Both the position numbers and the translations under genes were made by a program. From Actinomycetes bacterium (GTDB taxonomy: Bacteria; Actinomycetota; Actinomycetes; S36-B12): a DNA stretch of 64,000 nucleotides. Shown here in pieces: positions 26,121-35,384 of the stretch. The notes below the pieces were generated by a model. That model was not told the origin of the DNA and searched no databases. It saw nothing but the letters and a program-made list of their open reading frames with translations. Where the stretch lies: contig OZ257127.1 in assembly GCA_965278965.1 (NCBI GenBank), positions 2,676,911-2,740,910 of the forward strand, written 5' to 3'. How positions within the stretch are numbered: position 1 is the first letter of the stretch; the number at the start of each line of letters is the position of its first letter.

Positions 26121-28267
26121 ACACGGGCCTGGATCCGCAGGTAGCCGATGCCGTCCGCGGAGCGCACGCGAAGGGCGTAGGTGCCGGAGCGGTCGAGCCG
26201 GAAGGCCCGGGTGACGGCGGTGCTCGCCGACGTCCGCGTGGCTGCGCCGAGGGACCGCCAGGCGCCGTCGACGAGGATCTCGACCCGCAACGCCCCGCGC
26301 GTGGGCACAGGCCCGACGCGCAAGCGGACGAGCCGTCCGGTCGTCACGTGGGCGGTCGGCGCGGAGGTCAGCCGGCCCGCGAGCTGCGGGCGGACCGCTA
26401 CGAGTGCGCCCGTGGCGCCGGCCGGGCCGAGCACGAGGACCGCCGAGGGCGCGGCGGCCGCCGGGGCGGAGGTGCCCGGCTGCGCGACCAGGGCAGGAAC
26501 GGGCTCGGCGGCCGGCACCGCCGCGGCTACGGGGACGGGAGCCGTGATCGGCTCGGAGACCGGCGCCGAGCCGCCGCCACCACTACCGCCGCCACTACCG
26601 CCGCCGCCCGCGCCGCCACCACCGCCCGTTGTCTGGCCGTCGAACGTCGGGGCGCCGAGCCAGGTGGCCAGCTGCGCACCGCGAGCGGCCATCGCCGCCC
26701 GCTTGAGGGCGACGGCCGCCTGGATGTCGCCGGTCGTGTACTCCTTGCGCGGGTCCTGTGCCTGCCACGGTGCGAGCACGGTGGCGATCGAGGCGGCCAG
26801 GTCGGACCAGGTCGATGACGAAACCTTCGGGAGCGCGGCCGCCAGCGCGCTGACGTAGGCCTGCCGGCACGTCGCGTCTGCGATGCAGCTGACGAAGAGC
26901 CGGCCGCGGCCGAGCCGGCCGAACGGCATCGCGTTGTCCGACCACGACTGGTCGGTGCCGCTGGGGATCGACGAGAAGACGCCGTCCCCGTCGCTGTGCA
27001 GGTAGTAGTTGTTCGGGCCGCCGGCGCTGTAGCTGTCGTAATGGCTGGCGATGTGCTCGCCGGCCCACGCCCGCACGGCCTCGTCGAGGTCGACGCGCGC
27101 GGACGCGGCGGCCAGCCAGCCCGACGCCGGCGTCGCCGCCGCGGTGATGAGGGCCTGGAGGTCGGCGGTCGATGAGCTCGACCCGGCCTCGACCTCGAAC
27201 AGCCCGGCCGATCCGGGGGCGACATCGGTCCCCGGCACCGTCGGCTCGTAGACGTGCTGCGTGGACGCGAACCGCGAGGCGGCGAAGTCCTCGTTGATGG
27301 TCTCGACATTCGAGTACACCCCGTACGCGGCTCCGTTGATGCGGACGAACGCGTAGCCGACCCGCGGAGCGGGGACCCCGAGGTCGGCGAACACCCGGGC
27401 CGTCACCGCCTCCGCGACCATCGAGCGGTCCTGGACCATGTTGTTCAGCGTCAGGCCGCGCAGGCCCGACAACCGCTGCCCGGCGACGGTGTGGTTGATC
27501 TTGATCTTCAGCGCGGCCTTGCCGTCGAGCGTGCGGAAGCTCGTGCTGCCCTTCAGCCGCACGCCCACGTCGAGGGTGACCGGGCTCCCGCTCGTCGGCG
27601 TGATCGTCATCGTCGCGTCGACGTACGCCGTCGGCCATGCCGCCAGCGCGTTGATGCCGGACTCGCTGATCGTCAGGTCGACCCGGTTCACGGCCAGCGG
27701 GTCGTACAACCACGCCGGGTCCGACGGCACGGTCGGCCCGCCCCCGGGTGCGGGGACGTTCGCGGCCCCCTTCGAGGGGGTCGTCCAGGCCCACGTGCCC
27801 GTCCCGTCCGGCAGGCGGCCGTAGGTCAACGACGCGTCGGCCTCGTTGTCAGGGACCGAAACGTCGTTGACCTGCGCCGCGCCCGGATCGGCCAACCGGA
27901 TCACGTCGTCCCCGCACGAGATGCCGAACGGGAATCCGCCGCTGCCCTTGTCGACGACGATCCGGGCGCCGGGGACGAGAGTGGTCCCGCTTGGGAACAG
28001 GTAGCGATGAGTGGCGTCGGTGTCGGCGACCGCCTTGTCCGTCAGCAGCCAGCCGGACAGGTCAGCGGGCGCGCTGCCGGTGTTGGCGAGCTCGATCCAG
28101 TCCGTGCCCTCGCACGCGATCTCGTTCAGGACGACGGTGGACGTCGCCGCGGCGGCCGGTGGCGCTCCGAGCACGCCCAGGAGGACGGTGGCCGTCGTCG
28201 CGCCGACCACGCCAGCACGAACCAAGCCAGCACGAACCAAGCCAGCACGAACCGCGGACCTGCGCAT
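26117..28267 (-). CDS. secreted lamin-tail-domain (LTD) plus CotH kinase family protein
   Basis: ATG 28267 gives a signal peptide (MRRSAVRAGLVRAGLVRAGVVGATTATVLLGVLGAPPAAAA). LTD segment VVLNEIACEGTDWIELANTG...LSGWLLTD. CotH-like core (GVRLKGSTSFR, LTLNNMVQDRSMV, INGAAYGVYSNVE). Gly-rich linker and a C-terminal beta-rich domain. Confidence 0.8.
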   Translation of the reverse strand: MRRSAVRAGLVRAGLVRAGVVGATTATVLLGVLGAPPAAAATSTVVLNEIACEGTDWIELANTGSAPADLSGWLLTDKAVADTDATHRYLFPSGTTLVPGARIVVDKGSGGFPFGISCGDDVIRLADPGAAQVNDVSVPDNEADASLTYGRLPDGTGTWAWTTPSKGAANVPAPGGGPTVPSDPAWLYDPLAVNRVDLTISESGINALAAWPTAYVDATMTITPTSGSPVTLDVGVRLKGSTSFRTLDGKAALKIKINHTVAGQRLSGLRGLTLNNMVQDRSMVAEAVTARVFADLGVPAPRVGYAFVRINGAAYGVYSNVETINEDFAASRFASTQHVYEPTVPGTDVAPGSAGLFEVEAGSSSSTADLQALITAAATPASGWLAAASARVDLDEAVRAWAGEHIASHYDSYSAGGPNNYYLHSDGDGVFSSIPSGTDQSWSDNAMPFGRLGRGRLFVSCIADATCRQAYVSALAAALPKVSSSTWSDLAASIATVLAPWQAQDPRKEYTTGDIQAAVALKRAAMAARGAQLATWLGAPTFDGQTTGGGGGAGGGGSGGGSGGGGSAPVSEPITAPVPVAAAVPAAEPVPALVAQPGTSAPAAAAPSAVLVLGPAGATGALVAVRPQLAGRLTSAPTAHVTTGRLVRLRVGPVPTRGALRVEILVDGAWRSLGAATRTSASTAVTRAFRLDRSGTYALRVRSADGIGYLRIQARV
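28208..28252 (-). repeat. 15-bp in-frame tandem repeat x3 inside the CotH signal peptide (VRAGL-VRAGL-VRAGV)
   Basis: GTTCGTGCTGGCTTG twice, then GTTCGTGCTGGCGTG, read on the minus strand. Confidence 0.9.
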
Positions 28268-28322
28268 GGGCCCTCCCGAGTCCTCGGACGCGGACCTATT
28301 GAACACGCCGTAGGGTCGGGCC

Positions 28323-29117
28323 GTGGCGCGGATCGTCGCAGTGGCCAACCAGAAGGGCGGCGTCGGCAAGACGACCACGGTCGTCAACGTCGCGGCCGCC
28401 CTCGTCGAGCGCGGTGCCCGCGTCCTCGTCGTGGACCTGGACGCCCAGGCCTGCGCGACGTTCAGCCTGGGCCTGGACCCGGAGGATCTCGAGCGCACCG
28501 CGACTGAGGTCCTCATCCGGCGGACGGTGTCGGCGGCCGACGCCGTCGTCCCGACGGACGACGGCGTGGACCTGCTCCCGGCCGCGATCGACCTCGCCGG
28601 AGCGGACCGCGCGCTCGCCGGCGTGGTCGGCCGCGAGTACGTCGTGCGCGACGCGCTCGCGCCCCTGGCGGACCAGTACGACTGGATCCTCATCGACTGC
28701 TCGCCGTCCCTGGGGATCGTGACGATCAACGCGCTGACCGCCGCGGACGAGGTGCTCGTGCCGCTGCAGTGCGAGACGCTCTCCCATCGCGGTGTCGGTC
28801 AGCTACTGGAGACGATCGCCGACGTCCAGCGGCTGACCAACCCGGCGCTGCAGGTCGCCGGCGTCGTGCCGACGCTGTACGACGGGCGCACGACGCACGC
28901 CAAGGCGGTGCTGGCCGACCTCGGGCCGCGGTACGGGCTGCGGGTGTTCTCGCCGGTCTCCCGATCGATCCGCTTCGCCGAGGCACCGGCTGCGGGTCGG
29001 AGCATCCTGGCCACGTCCGGGCACTCGCGCGGCGCCGACGACTACCGGGTGCTGGCGGCCGAGCTGGCCGGCACCGACGACCTTCAGCCGCGGACGCGCG
29101 CCGACGTCGGGTCGTAA
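28323..29117 (+). CDS. ParA/Soj family ATPase
   Basis: 264 aa. Deviant Walker A motif NQKGGVGKTTT. Typical ParA layout. No ParB gene adjacent. Confidence 0.9.
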   Translation: MARIVAVANQKGGVGKTTTVVNVAAALVERGARVLVVDLDAQACATFSLGLDPEDLERTATEVLIRRTVSAADAVVPTDDGVDLLPAAIDLAGADRALAGVVGREYVVRDALAPLADQYDWILIDCSPSLGIVTINALTAADEVLVPLQCETLSHRGVGQLLETIADVQRLTNPALQVAGVVPTLYDGRTTHAKAVLADLGPRYGLRVFSPVSRSIRFAEAPAAGRSILATSGHSRGADDYRVLAAELAGTDDLQPRTRADVGS

Positions 29118-31531
29118 GGGGCCTGGCGGCTCACTGCCACGTCGACGACCCGACCGCCGACGTTGACCTGCCAGTGGCCCGTGTCGAGGTACCCGGGGTC
29201 GACGACGCCCCCGTCGGCCCGTCGGGCGTAGGCCAGCCCGACGCACGCGCCGATCGTCGTCCCGAACGCGACGGACGTGACCTGCCCGGCGCCGACGCCG
29301 TCGCGTAGGAGCAGCTCGCCGCCCCACATCATCACGTCAGGGTCGGCCGCGACGAACGAGACCAGACGCCGGCGAACCCCGTCGGCCCGCGCCTGCTCGA
29401 CCGCCGCGCGGCCCAGGAAGTCGATGTCGGTCTTCAGCTTCGTCGCGAACAGCAGACCGGCCTCGACGGGGTTGTAGTCAGGCCCGAGCTCGGGGCCGAA
29501 CGCGCGGTACCCCTTCTCCAGCCGCAGCGCGTTGATCGCGTAGTAGCCGGCGTGCGCGAGCCCGTGGTCGCGGCCGGCGTCCTCGACCTGGGCGAACACG
29601 CCGGCGGCGAACTCGGCCGGGACGTAGAGCTCCCAGCCGAGCTCGCCGACGTACGTGAGCCGGGTGGCGCGGACGGTGGCGTAGCCGAGGTCGATCTCGC
29701 GGCTGTCACCGAACGCGAACGCGTCGTCGGTCAGGTCGGACCGCGTCAGCGACTGCAGGAGGTCGCGCGACCGCGGACCCATGACGCCGAGGACCGCATA
29801 TGCGCTCGACACATCCGTCACCTCGACCCGGCGGTCGCCGGCGTGCCGGCGGATCCAGTCCCGGTCGCGGACAGGGGAGCCGGCGCTGGTGACCCACAGG
29901 TACGCGTCGTCGGCGAGCCGCGTCACCGTGACGTCGGCCTCGTACGTGCCGCGTGAGCTGAGGACGCCCGTGTAGACCGTGCGGTCGACGGGGACGGCGA
30001 CGTCCGCCGTGCACAGCCACTGCAGGAGGTCCTCGGCGTCCGGCCCCTGCACGAGCAGCTTGCCGAACGACGTCTCGTCGAACAGGGCGACCGCCTCGCG
30101 TGTCGCGCACTGCTCGGCATCGACCCACGGCTTCCAGTTCTGGAACCCCCATGAGTAGTCGATGACGGGCTGCTGCCCGGGCGGGGCGAAGAAGTTCGGC
30201 CGCTCCCAGCCCATCTTGGAGCCGAAGCCGGCGCCGCGCTCGGCGACCAGCGCGTGCACCGGCGAGCGCCGGAACGGCCGCGCGGTGTCGAACTCGCGGT
30301 TGGGCCAGGGGATCGCGTAGTGCAGTCCGAGGACCTCGCCGACGCGGGCCCGCAGCCACGGGGTGTTGCCGTTGAACGGCGCGAAGCGGCGGATGTCGAC
30401 GCCGACCAGGTCGGACTGCGGCTCGCCGGCGACGATCCACTCCGCCAGCGCCTTGCCGGCGCCGCCGGCGGACGCGATGCCGACCGAGTTGAAGCCGGCG
30501 GCGACGAAGAAGTTGCGCAGCTCGGGCGCCTCCCCGAGGACGAACTGGTTGTCCGGAGTGAAGCTCTCGGGGCCGTTGTAGAACTTCTTGATCCCGGTGT
30601 GGTGGAGCGCGGGAACCCGGTGCAGCGCGCTGTCCATCAGGATCTCGAAGTGGTCCCAGTCCTCCTCCAGGAGCGCGAACTCGAACGGGTAGGGGATCGC
30701 ATCCGGCGCGACCCACGGCTTGGCGACGGGCTCGAAACCGCCGACGACCAGGCCGCCGACCTCCTCCTTCATGTACGTGTACCCGTCAGGGTCGCGCAGG
30801 ATCGGCATCATCCGCTCGACGCCCTCGATCGGCTCGGTCACGACGTAGAAGTGCTCGGCCGAGTGCAGCGGCACCGTGACGCCGGCCATCGCGCCGATCG
30901 CCTTGGCCCACTGGCCGCCGCAGTTGACGACGATCTCGGCCTCGATGTCGCCGTCATCGGTGCGGACGCCCGTCACGGCCCCGTCCCGGACGTCGAACCC
31001 GATGACCCGCGTGCGCTCGACGACTCGGACGCCCAGCTGCCGTGCGCCCTTGGCGAGGGACTGCGTGACGTCGGTCGGGTTGGCCGTGCCGTCGAACGGC
31101 AGCCAGATCGCGCCCTGGAGGTCGTCGGTCCGCAGGATCGGCACCCGCTCGGCCGCCTGCGCGGGCGTGAGGATCTCGCACGCGAGGTCGAACGCTTCCG
31201 CCGCGGCCGCCGTCCGCAGCAGCTGGACCATCCGGTCGGGCGTGCGGGCGACGGTCACGCCGCCGCACTGCTTGTAGCCGGTCGCGAGGCCGGTCTCCGC
31301 CTCGAGTGACTGGTACAGCCGGGCGGAGTACTGGACCAGCCGGGTGCCGCTCTCCGACGCCCGCAGCTGCCCGACGAGCCCTGCCGCGTGCCAGGTCGTC
31401 CCGGAGGAGAGCCGGCCCTGCTCGACGAGGACGACGTCGGTGACGCCGAGGTGGGCCAGGTGGTAGGCGACGCTCGCGCCCACGATGCCGCCGCCGACGA
31501 CGACCACGCGTGCACGGTCGGGGACGCTCAC
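29084..31531 (-). CDS. FAD-dependent oxidoreductase fused to a GcvT-like folate-binding domain (dimethylglycine/sarcosine dehydrogenase family)
   Basis: 815 aa from GTG 31531. N-terminal dinucleotide motif VVVVGGGIVGAS. C-terminal aminomethyltransferase-like region. Its 3' end overlaps parA convergently by 34 nt. Confidence 0.85.
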   Translation of the reverse strand: MSVPDRARVVVVGGGIVGASVAYHLAHLGVTDVVLVEQGRLSSGTTWHAAGLVGQLRASESGTRLVQYSARLYQSLEAETGLATGYKQCGGVTVARTPDRMVQLLRTAAAAEAFDLACEILTPAQAAERVPILRTDDLQGAIWLPFDGTANPTDVTQSLAKGARQLGVRVVERTRVIGFDVRDGAVTGVRTDDGDIEAEIVVNCGGQWAKAIGAMAGVTVPLHSAEHFYVVTEPIEGVERMMPILRDPDGYTYMKEEVGGLVVGGFEPVAKPWVAPDAIPYPFEFALLEEDWDHFEILMDSALHRVPALHHTGIKKFYNGPESFTPDNQFVLGEAPELRNFFVAAGFNSVGIASAGGAGKALAEWIVAGEPQSDLVGVDIRRFAPFNGNTPWLRARVGEVLGLHYAIPWPNREFDTARPFRRSPVHALVAERGAGFGSKMGWERPNFFAPPGQQPVIDYSWGFQNWKPWVDAEQCATREAVALFDETSFGKLLVQGPDAEDLLQWLCTADVAVPVDRTVYTGVLSSRGTYEADVTVTRLADDAYLWVTSAGSPVRDRDWIRRHAGDRRVEVTDVSSAYAVLGVMGPRSRDLLQSLTRSDLTDDAFAFGDSREIDLGYATVRATRLTYVGELGWELYVPAEFAAGVFAQVEDAGRDHGLAHAGYYAINALRLEKGYRAFGPELGPDYNPVEAGLLFATKLKTDIDFLGRAAVEQARADGVRRRLVSFVAADPDVMMWGGELLLRDGVGAGQVTSVAFGTTIGACVGLAYARRADGGVVDPGYLDTGHWQVNVGGRVVDVAVSRQAPYDPTSARVRG

Positions 31532-31617
31532 GCGCCGAGCCTAGGGGCAGACCGCCCGCGAACCGGGCGGACCGAAGAGGTCGCCAGCGGCGTCGGCGGG
31601 CGCGCTAGTTTGACGCC

Positions 31618-32157
31618 GTGACGACCGATGACGCCGCCGCCCGCACGCCGGACGAGGACGGCCCGTCAGGACAGGACGGCCCGCCCGAGCTCGGGATGAC
31701 GTGGGCCATCAAGCGCTCGTTCGTCGGCTACATCCTCGGGATGCCCGACGGCCAGGCGTCGGCCGCCGACGGCGCGTGGCCCTTGCCGGACCTGAGCGTG
31801 GTCTACGCGCACGATCCGTCCGTGCCGCAGGACGAGCTCGGCCGCGGCTGGGCCTTCCGCGGCGACGTCCGCTTCGCCGGGCACTTCGGCATGCTCTTCG
31901 TCCGCATCGCCTTCCCGTGGATCGTCTGGACGGACGACGCCGTGATGCTGACCATCGCCGACCCGGACGGCGAGGACGACGCGAAGCGCGTGGCCATCGC
32001 GACGGTCGAGCTGGAGGAGACCGGTCCCGGGGAGTGGACGTCCACCGAGGTCGCTCTCACCGCGGCCGGGTCGGAGATCTTCAACCACGTCTACCCGGTG
32101 GGCGACCCGATGGACCCGTTCGTCCTGCGCGTCCCCGCGGAGGGCCCCGTCGCCTGA
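31618..32157 (+). CDS. HtaA-domain-like protein without a signal peptide
   Basis: 179 aa. Segments WAIKRSFVGYILG and VRFAGHFGMLFVRIAFP match my memory of the HtaA domain pattern (WG.K.SF..Y.. / F.GH.G.L). The N-terminus is acidic and disordered, not a signal peptide. Confidence 0.55.
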   Translation: MTTDDAAARTPDEDGPSGQDGPPELGMTWAIKRSFVGYILGMPDGQASAADGAWPLPDLSVVYAHDPSVPQDELGRGWAFRGDVRFAGHFGMLFVRIAFPWIVWTDDAVMLTIADPDGEDDAKRVAIATVELEETGPGEWTSTEVALTAAGSEIFNHVYPVGDPMDPFVLRVPAEGPVA

Positions 32158-32513
32158 TCGGCTGGCGCCGCGGCCGGGGTGCGCTGACGCACCTGCTGCT
32201 CGGTCCAGTTCACCCCGCAGGCGAACACCCACAGGTCGCCGGACAGGTGCTCCTGCGGCGGCAGCACAAGTTGACCGTCGACCAGGCCCCGCATCCATAC
32301 GCGGTAGTCGTCGATGAACGAACGGTCATCGGTCTCCCCCCAGGGGCGGCCACCGGAGTACCCGGTCAGCGCGACGACGACCAGCCCGACGCCTGAGACG
32401 TGGTGCTGCTGCAGCAGTGCCCATGACCGACCGAGCGGCCGCCACCGCCACGGCCCGAGGTCCTTCGACTCCGACATCCCGGCGATCTCGACCGGCGTTG
32501 CGGGGTAGTACAC
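32091..32513 (-). CDS. hypothetical protein
   Basis: 140-aa ORF with good GC3 bias. It overlaps the 3' end of the convergent gene by 67 nt. Start uncertain (internal ATG at MSESKD). No family recognised. Confidence 0.4.
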   Translation of the reverse strand: MYYPATPVEIAGMSESKDLGPWRWRPLGRSWALLQQHHVSGVGLVVVALTGYSGGRPWGETDDRSFIDDYRVWMRGLVDGQLVLPPQEHLSGDLWVFACGVNWTEQQVRQRTPAAAPADQATGPSAGTRRTNGSIGSPTG

Positions 32514-32627
32514 GCGGGGAGCCTTCCGTCGTGCGGCTCGACCCCGGACGGTTCGTCACGCTAGCCCGACGCGACTGAGGCCTGTCAAGCAGCGGACGCG
32601 GTCGTCGGTCGTCGCGACGATCGTCGG

Positions 32628-32702
32628 TGGAGCCCCCGGTCAGGTTTGAACTGACGACCTACCGCTTACAAGGCGGTTGCTCTACCACTGAGCTACAGGG
32701 GC
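32628..32702 (-). tRNA. tRNA-Thr (anticodon UGU), CCA encoded
   Basis: Minus strand reads GCCCCTGTAGCTCAGTGGTAGAGCAACCGCCTTGTAAGCGGTAGGTCGTCAGTTCAAACCTGACCGGGGGCTCCA. It folds as a cloverleaf with a 7-bp acceptor stem, anticodon loop CTTGTAA and T-loop TTCAAAC. Confidence 0.9.
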
Positions 32703-32743
32703 GATGGTGCGCTGCGAAGCCTATGCGCCGCAGCCGGAGCCGG

Positions 32744-34045
32744 TCAGCCCAGCGGTTCGCCGCCGAGCTCCTGCGACAGCGCCTGCACCGCACGCCAGCA
32801 GTCGTGGTGCGTGTTGTACAGCGGTGCCGGCGCGAGTCGGATGATGTCCGGCGGCCGGTCGTCGGCGACGACGCCCCAGTTGCCGCTGAGCCGGTCGACG
32901 AGGTCGGCGGCGTCGACGCCGACACGCACCGACAGCTGCGCGCCGTGCGCGGCGTCGGCGGCAGGCGTCACGACCTGGCACCCGATCCGCGGGCCGACCG
33001 CGTCCAGCAGCGCGCGCAGGTAGCCGGTCAGCCGCAGGCTGCGCGCCCGTAGAGCGGGCATGCCGACCTCGTCGAAGATCGCGACGGACGTGCGCACGGG
33101 CGCCAGCGCGAGGATCGGCGGGTTCGACACCATCCACGCGTCGGCGGTCTCCGGGGGAGCGGACTGGGGCCGCATCTCGAACCGCGTCGCCGGGTCCGTG
33201 CCCCACCATCCCTCGAGCCGCGGCAGCGACCGGTCGGCGAGGTGACGCTCGTGGACGAACGCCGCGGCGATCGCCCCGGGGCCGGAGTTGAGGTACTTGT
33301 ACGTGCACCACGCGGCGAAGTCGACATCGTCGTCGTGGAGCGACAGTGGGATGTTGCCGGCCGCGTGCGCGAGGTCCCAGCCGACGGTCGCGCCGATGTC
33401 GTGGCCGGCGGCGGTGATCGCCGCGATGTCGAGCACCTCACCGGTCCGGTAGTTCACGCCGCCGAGCAGGATCGTCGCGATCGAGTGCGCGTGCTCGCTC
33501 AGCGTGCGGAGCACGTCCTCGGTCCGAAGGGTGTCCTCGCCGGGGCGCGGTGCCAGTCGCAGGACCGCAGTGTCGGGGTCGTGGCCCCGGAAGCCCACGT
33601 GGCTGCGAACGGCGTACGAGTCGGACGAGAACGCGTGGTCCTCGATGACGACGCGGTGGCGGATCGGAGTGGGCCGGTAGAACGACGCGAGCAGGAGGTG
33701 CAAGTTCACCGTGAGCGTGTTCATCACGGCGATCTCGTCCGGGAGCGCACCGACGATGCGGGCCATCGGTCCGCGGATCGCCTCGTGGTACCGCGTCCAT
33801 GGCCGGGCGCCAGAGGCGTGGCCGAGGACGGCGAGCTCCTCCCACGAGTCGATCTCGGCCATGACGTCGGCGCGGGCCTCCCGCGGCTGGGCGCCGAGGG
33901 AGTTGCCCGCGAGGTAGGCGGCGAGGGGGAACTCGCCCCCGATCGACGTCGGGATCAGGAAGTCGCCTCGGCGCAGCGCCGGGTCGGGCTCGGCGTCCAG
34001 CGTCAGTGCTGTGTCCTCGCCCAAGTCGATCGTCACGGGGGTCAT
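32744..34045 (-). CDS. kynU: kynureninase
   Basis: 433 aa. Class-V aminotransferase fold with kynureninase-like segments (YLAGNSLGAQP, CTYKYLNSGPGAIAAAFVHERH). Confidence 0.85.
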   Translation of the reverse strand: MTPVTIDLGEDTALTLDAEPDPALRRGDFLIPTSIGGEFPLAAYLAGNSLGAQPREARADVMAEIDSWEELAVLGHASGARPWTRYHEAIRGPMARIVGALPDEIAVMNTLTVNLHLLLASFYRPTPIRHRVVIEDHAFSSDSYAVRSHVGFRGHDPDTAVLRLAPRPGEDTLRTEDVLRTLSEHAHSIATILLGGVNYRTGEVLDIAAITAAGHDIGATVGWDLAHAAGNIPLSLHDDDVDFAAWCTYKYLNSGPGAIAAAFVHERHLADRSLPRLEGWWGTDPATRFEMRPQSAPPETADAWMVSNPPILALAPVRTSVAIFDEVGMPALRARSLRLTGYLRALLDAVGPRIGCQVVTPAADAAHGAQLSVRVGVDAADLVDRLSGNWGVVADDRPPDIIRLAPAPLYNTHHDCWRAVQALSQELGGEPLG

Positions 34046-34125
34046 TCAATACCTGCGGCGCCGGGGGCGCAGGCGCCCTCGTCGGCCACCGCTTCGCCTC
34101 CTGCCGCGCACCTACACTGACGGTG

Positions 34126-34926
34126 ATGTTCGACCTCGTGGCACCAGCGCAGGAGACGGGGCTGGCCTGGTGGCCGGTCGTCGTCGTGGTGGTCGCGCTC
34201 GTGGTCCTCAACATCGCGAACAACCGGCTCGCCCCCCAGACGCACTACCTGCTGTGGAGCTTCGGCGGCTCGGTGCTGCTGCTGGCGTTCGGGCTGCTCG
34301 ACGGCAACACGTGGACCGACATGGGCCTGGGCTGGGCCTACCTGCTGCCCGGCACGATCTGGGCGGCCGCCTGCATCGCGCTCATCACGGCGGTCTACCT
34401 CATCGGCTCGGCGTTCAAGCGCACGCGATCGGCCTTCCACGACGAGCGGATGAGCACCCTCAGCGGCGGTCGGCTGATGTTCCAGGCCCTCATCGAGGTC
34501 CCGTTCGGCACAGTCCTGCTGGAGGAGATTGCCTTCCGGGCGGTCCTGCTGTCGATGCTCATCCGTCGGCTCGGCCTCGTCGGCGGAGTGGCCGTCGCGG
34601 CCGTCCTGTTCGGCCTGTGGCACATCCTGCCGAGCATCGGGACCCACGAGCAGAACCCGGCGCTCGGCTCGGTCGTCGGCCAGGGCCGGCGTGGCAACAT
34701 CCTGGCCGTCCTGGCGAGCGTGCTGACGACGACGGTCGCGGGCGTGATCTTCGCCGCCCTCCGCCTTCTGTCGGGCAGCGTCCTCGCCCCGATGGGGCTG
34801 CACTGGGCCACGAACGGCCTCGGCTACGCCTTCTCCTGGCTCCTCATCCGGGAGCGGAACCGGCGCCTGGAGCGGCACCGACGTGAGGTGCGCGCCCGCC
34901 GGGACCGCGAGGTGGCAGGCGAATGA
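34126..34926 (+). CDS. CPBP family intramembrane glutamic endopeptidase (CAAX protease-like)
   Basis: ATG 34126 inside the track ORF. Multiple TM segments. Motifs LLEEIAFRAV (EExxxR), FGLWH (FxxxH) and HWATN. Confidence 0.8.
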   Translation: MFDLVAPAQETGLAWWPVVVVVVALVVLNIANNRLAPQTHYLLWSFGGSVLLLAFGLLDGNTWTDMGLGWAYLLPGTIWAAACIALITAVYLIGSAFKRTRSAFHDERMSTLSGGRLMFQALIEVPFGTVLLEEIAFRAVLLSMLIRRLGLVGGVAVAAVLFGLWHILPSIGTHEQNPALGSVVGQGRRGNILAVLASVLTTTVAGVIFAALRLLSGSVLAPMGLHWATNGLGYAFSWLLIRERNRRLERHRREVRARRDREVAGE

Positions 34927-34986
34927 CATGGATGGGATTCACCCCCTACGATGACGTGAACCGACGAACGGACAGGTGACGAGGAC

Positions 34987-35286
34987 GTGACGATGGATGC
35001 TGCCGGGGCGCTCTCCCCGCGAGACGGCGTCGGCGCCGAGCTCTCCGACCGCGACCGGGAGATCCTGGAGTTCGAGCGGCAGTGGTGGAAGTACGCCGGC
35101 GCCAAGGAGCAGGCGATCCGCGACCTGTTCGACATGAGCAGCACCCGGTACTACCAGCTGCTCAACCAGCTCATCGACGATCCCCGCGCGCTCGCCCTCG
35201 ACCCCATGCTGGTCAAGCGCCTGCGCCGGCTTCGTGCCTCCCGTCAGCGCGCCCGCTCGGCGCGCCGCCTCGGCATCGAGGCGTAG
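34987..35286 (+). CDS. DUF3263 domain-containing protein
   Basis: 99 aa. LSDRDREILEFERQWWKYAGAKEQAIRDLFDMSSTRYYQLLNQLID matches my memory of DUF3263. Confidence 0.75.
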   Translation: MTMDAAGALSPRDGVGAELSDRDREILEFERQWWKYAGAKEQAIRDLFDMSSTRYYQLLNQLIDDPRALALDPMLVKRLRRLRASRQRARSARRLGIEA

Positions 35287-35316
35287 GGGCCAGGTCCGCA
35301 CCTTTTGTACGATCGA

Positions 35317-35341
35317 CCGGTGCCGGTTCGTCCGGCACCGG
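35317..35341 (+). terminator. hairpin terminator candidate after the DUF3263 gene
   Basis: CCGGTGCCGG, loop TTCGT, then CCGGCACCGG: a perfect 10-bp stem 31 nt after the stop. No clear U-tract. Confidence 0.45.
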
Positions 35342-35384
35342 CAGTCGGCGTATCCATCGCCGGCCCTGGTGAAGGGAAGCCCCC

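Noticed and set aside
26117-28729. 870-aa version of the CotH ORF
   Set aside because: The extra 154 N-terminal residues are Arg/Ser/Thr/Ala-rich, overlap the divergent parA gene and its upstream region, and precede an obvious signal peptide beginning at ATG 28267.
28323-29117. ParA as part of a plasmid partition or defence module
   Set aside because: No ParB, parS-like repeats or nuclease/helicase partner is adjacent. The flanking genes are chromosomal metabolic genes. It is most simply an orphan chromosomal ParA/Soj-family ATPase.
32628-32702. tRNA-Thr as an integration hotspot with an adjacent island
   Set aside because: No integrase gene and no direct repeat of the tRNA 3' end was seen on either side. 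The neighbouring genes are ordinary in composition.
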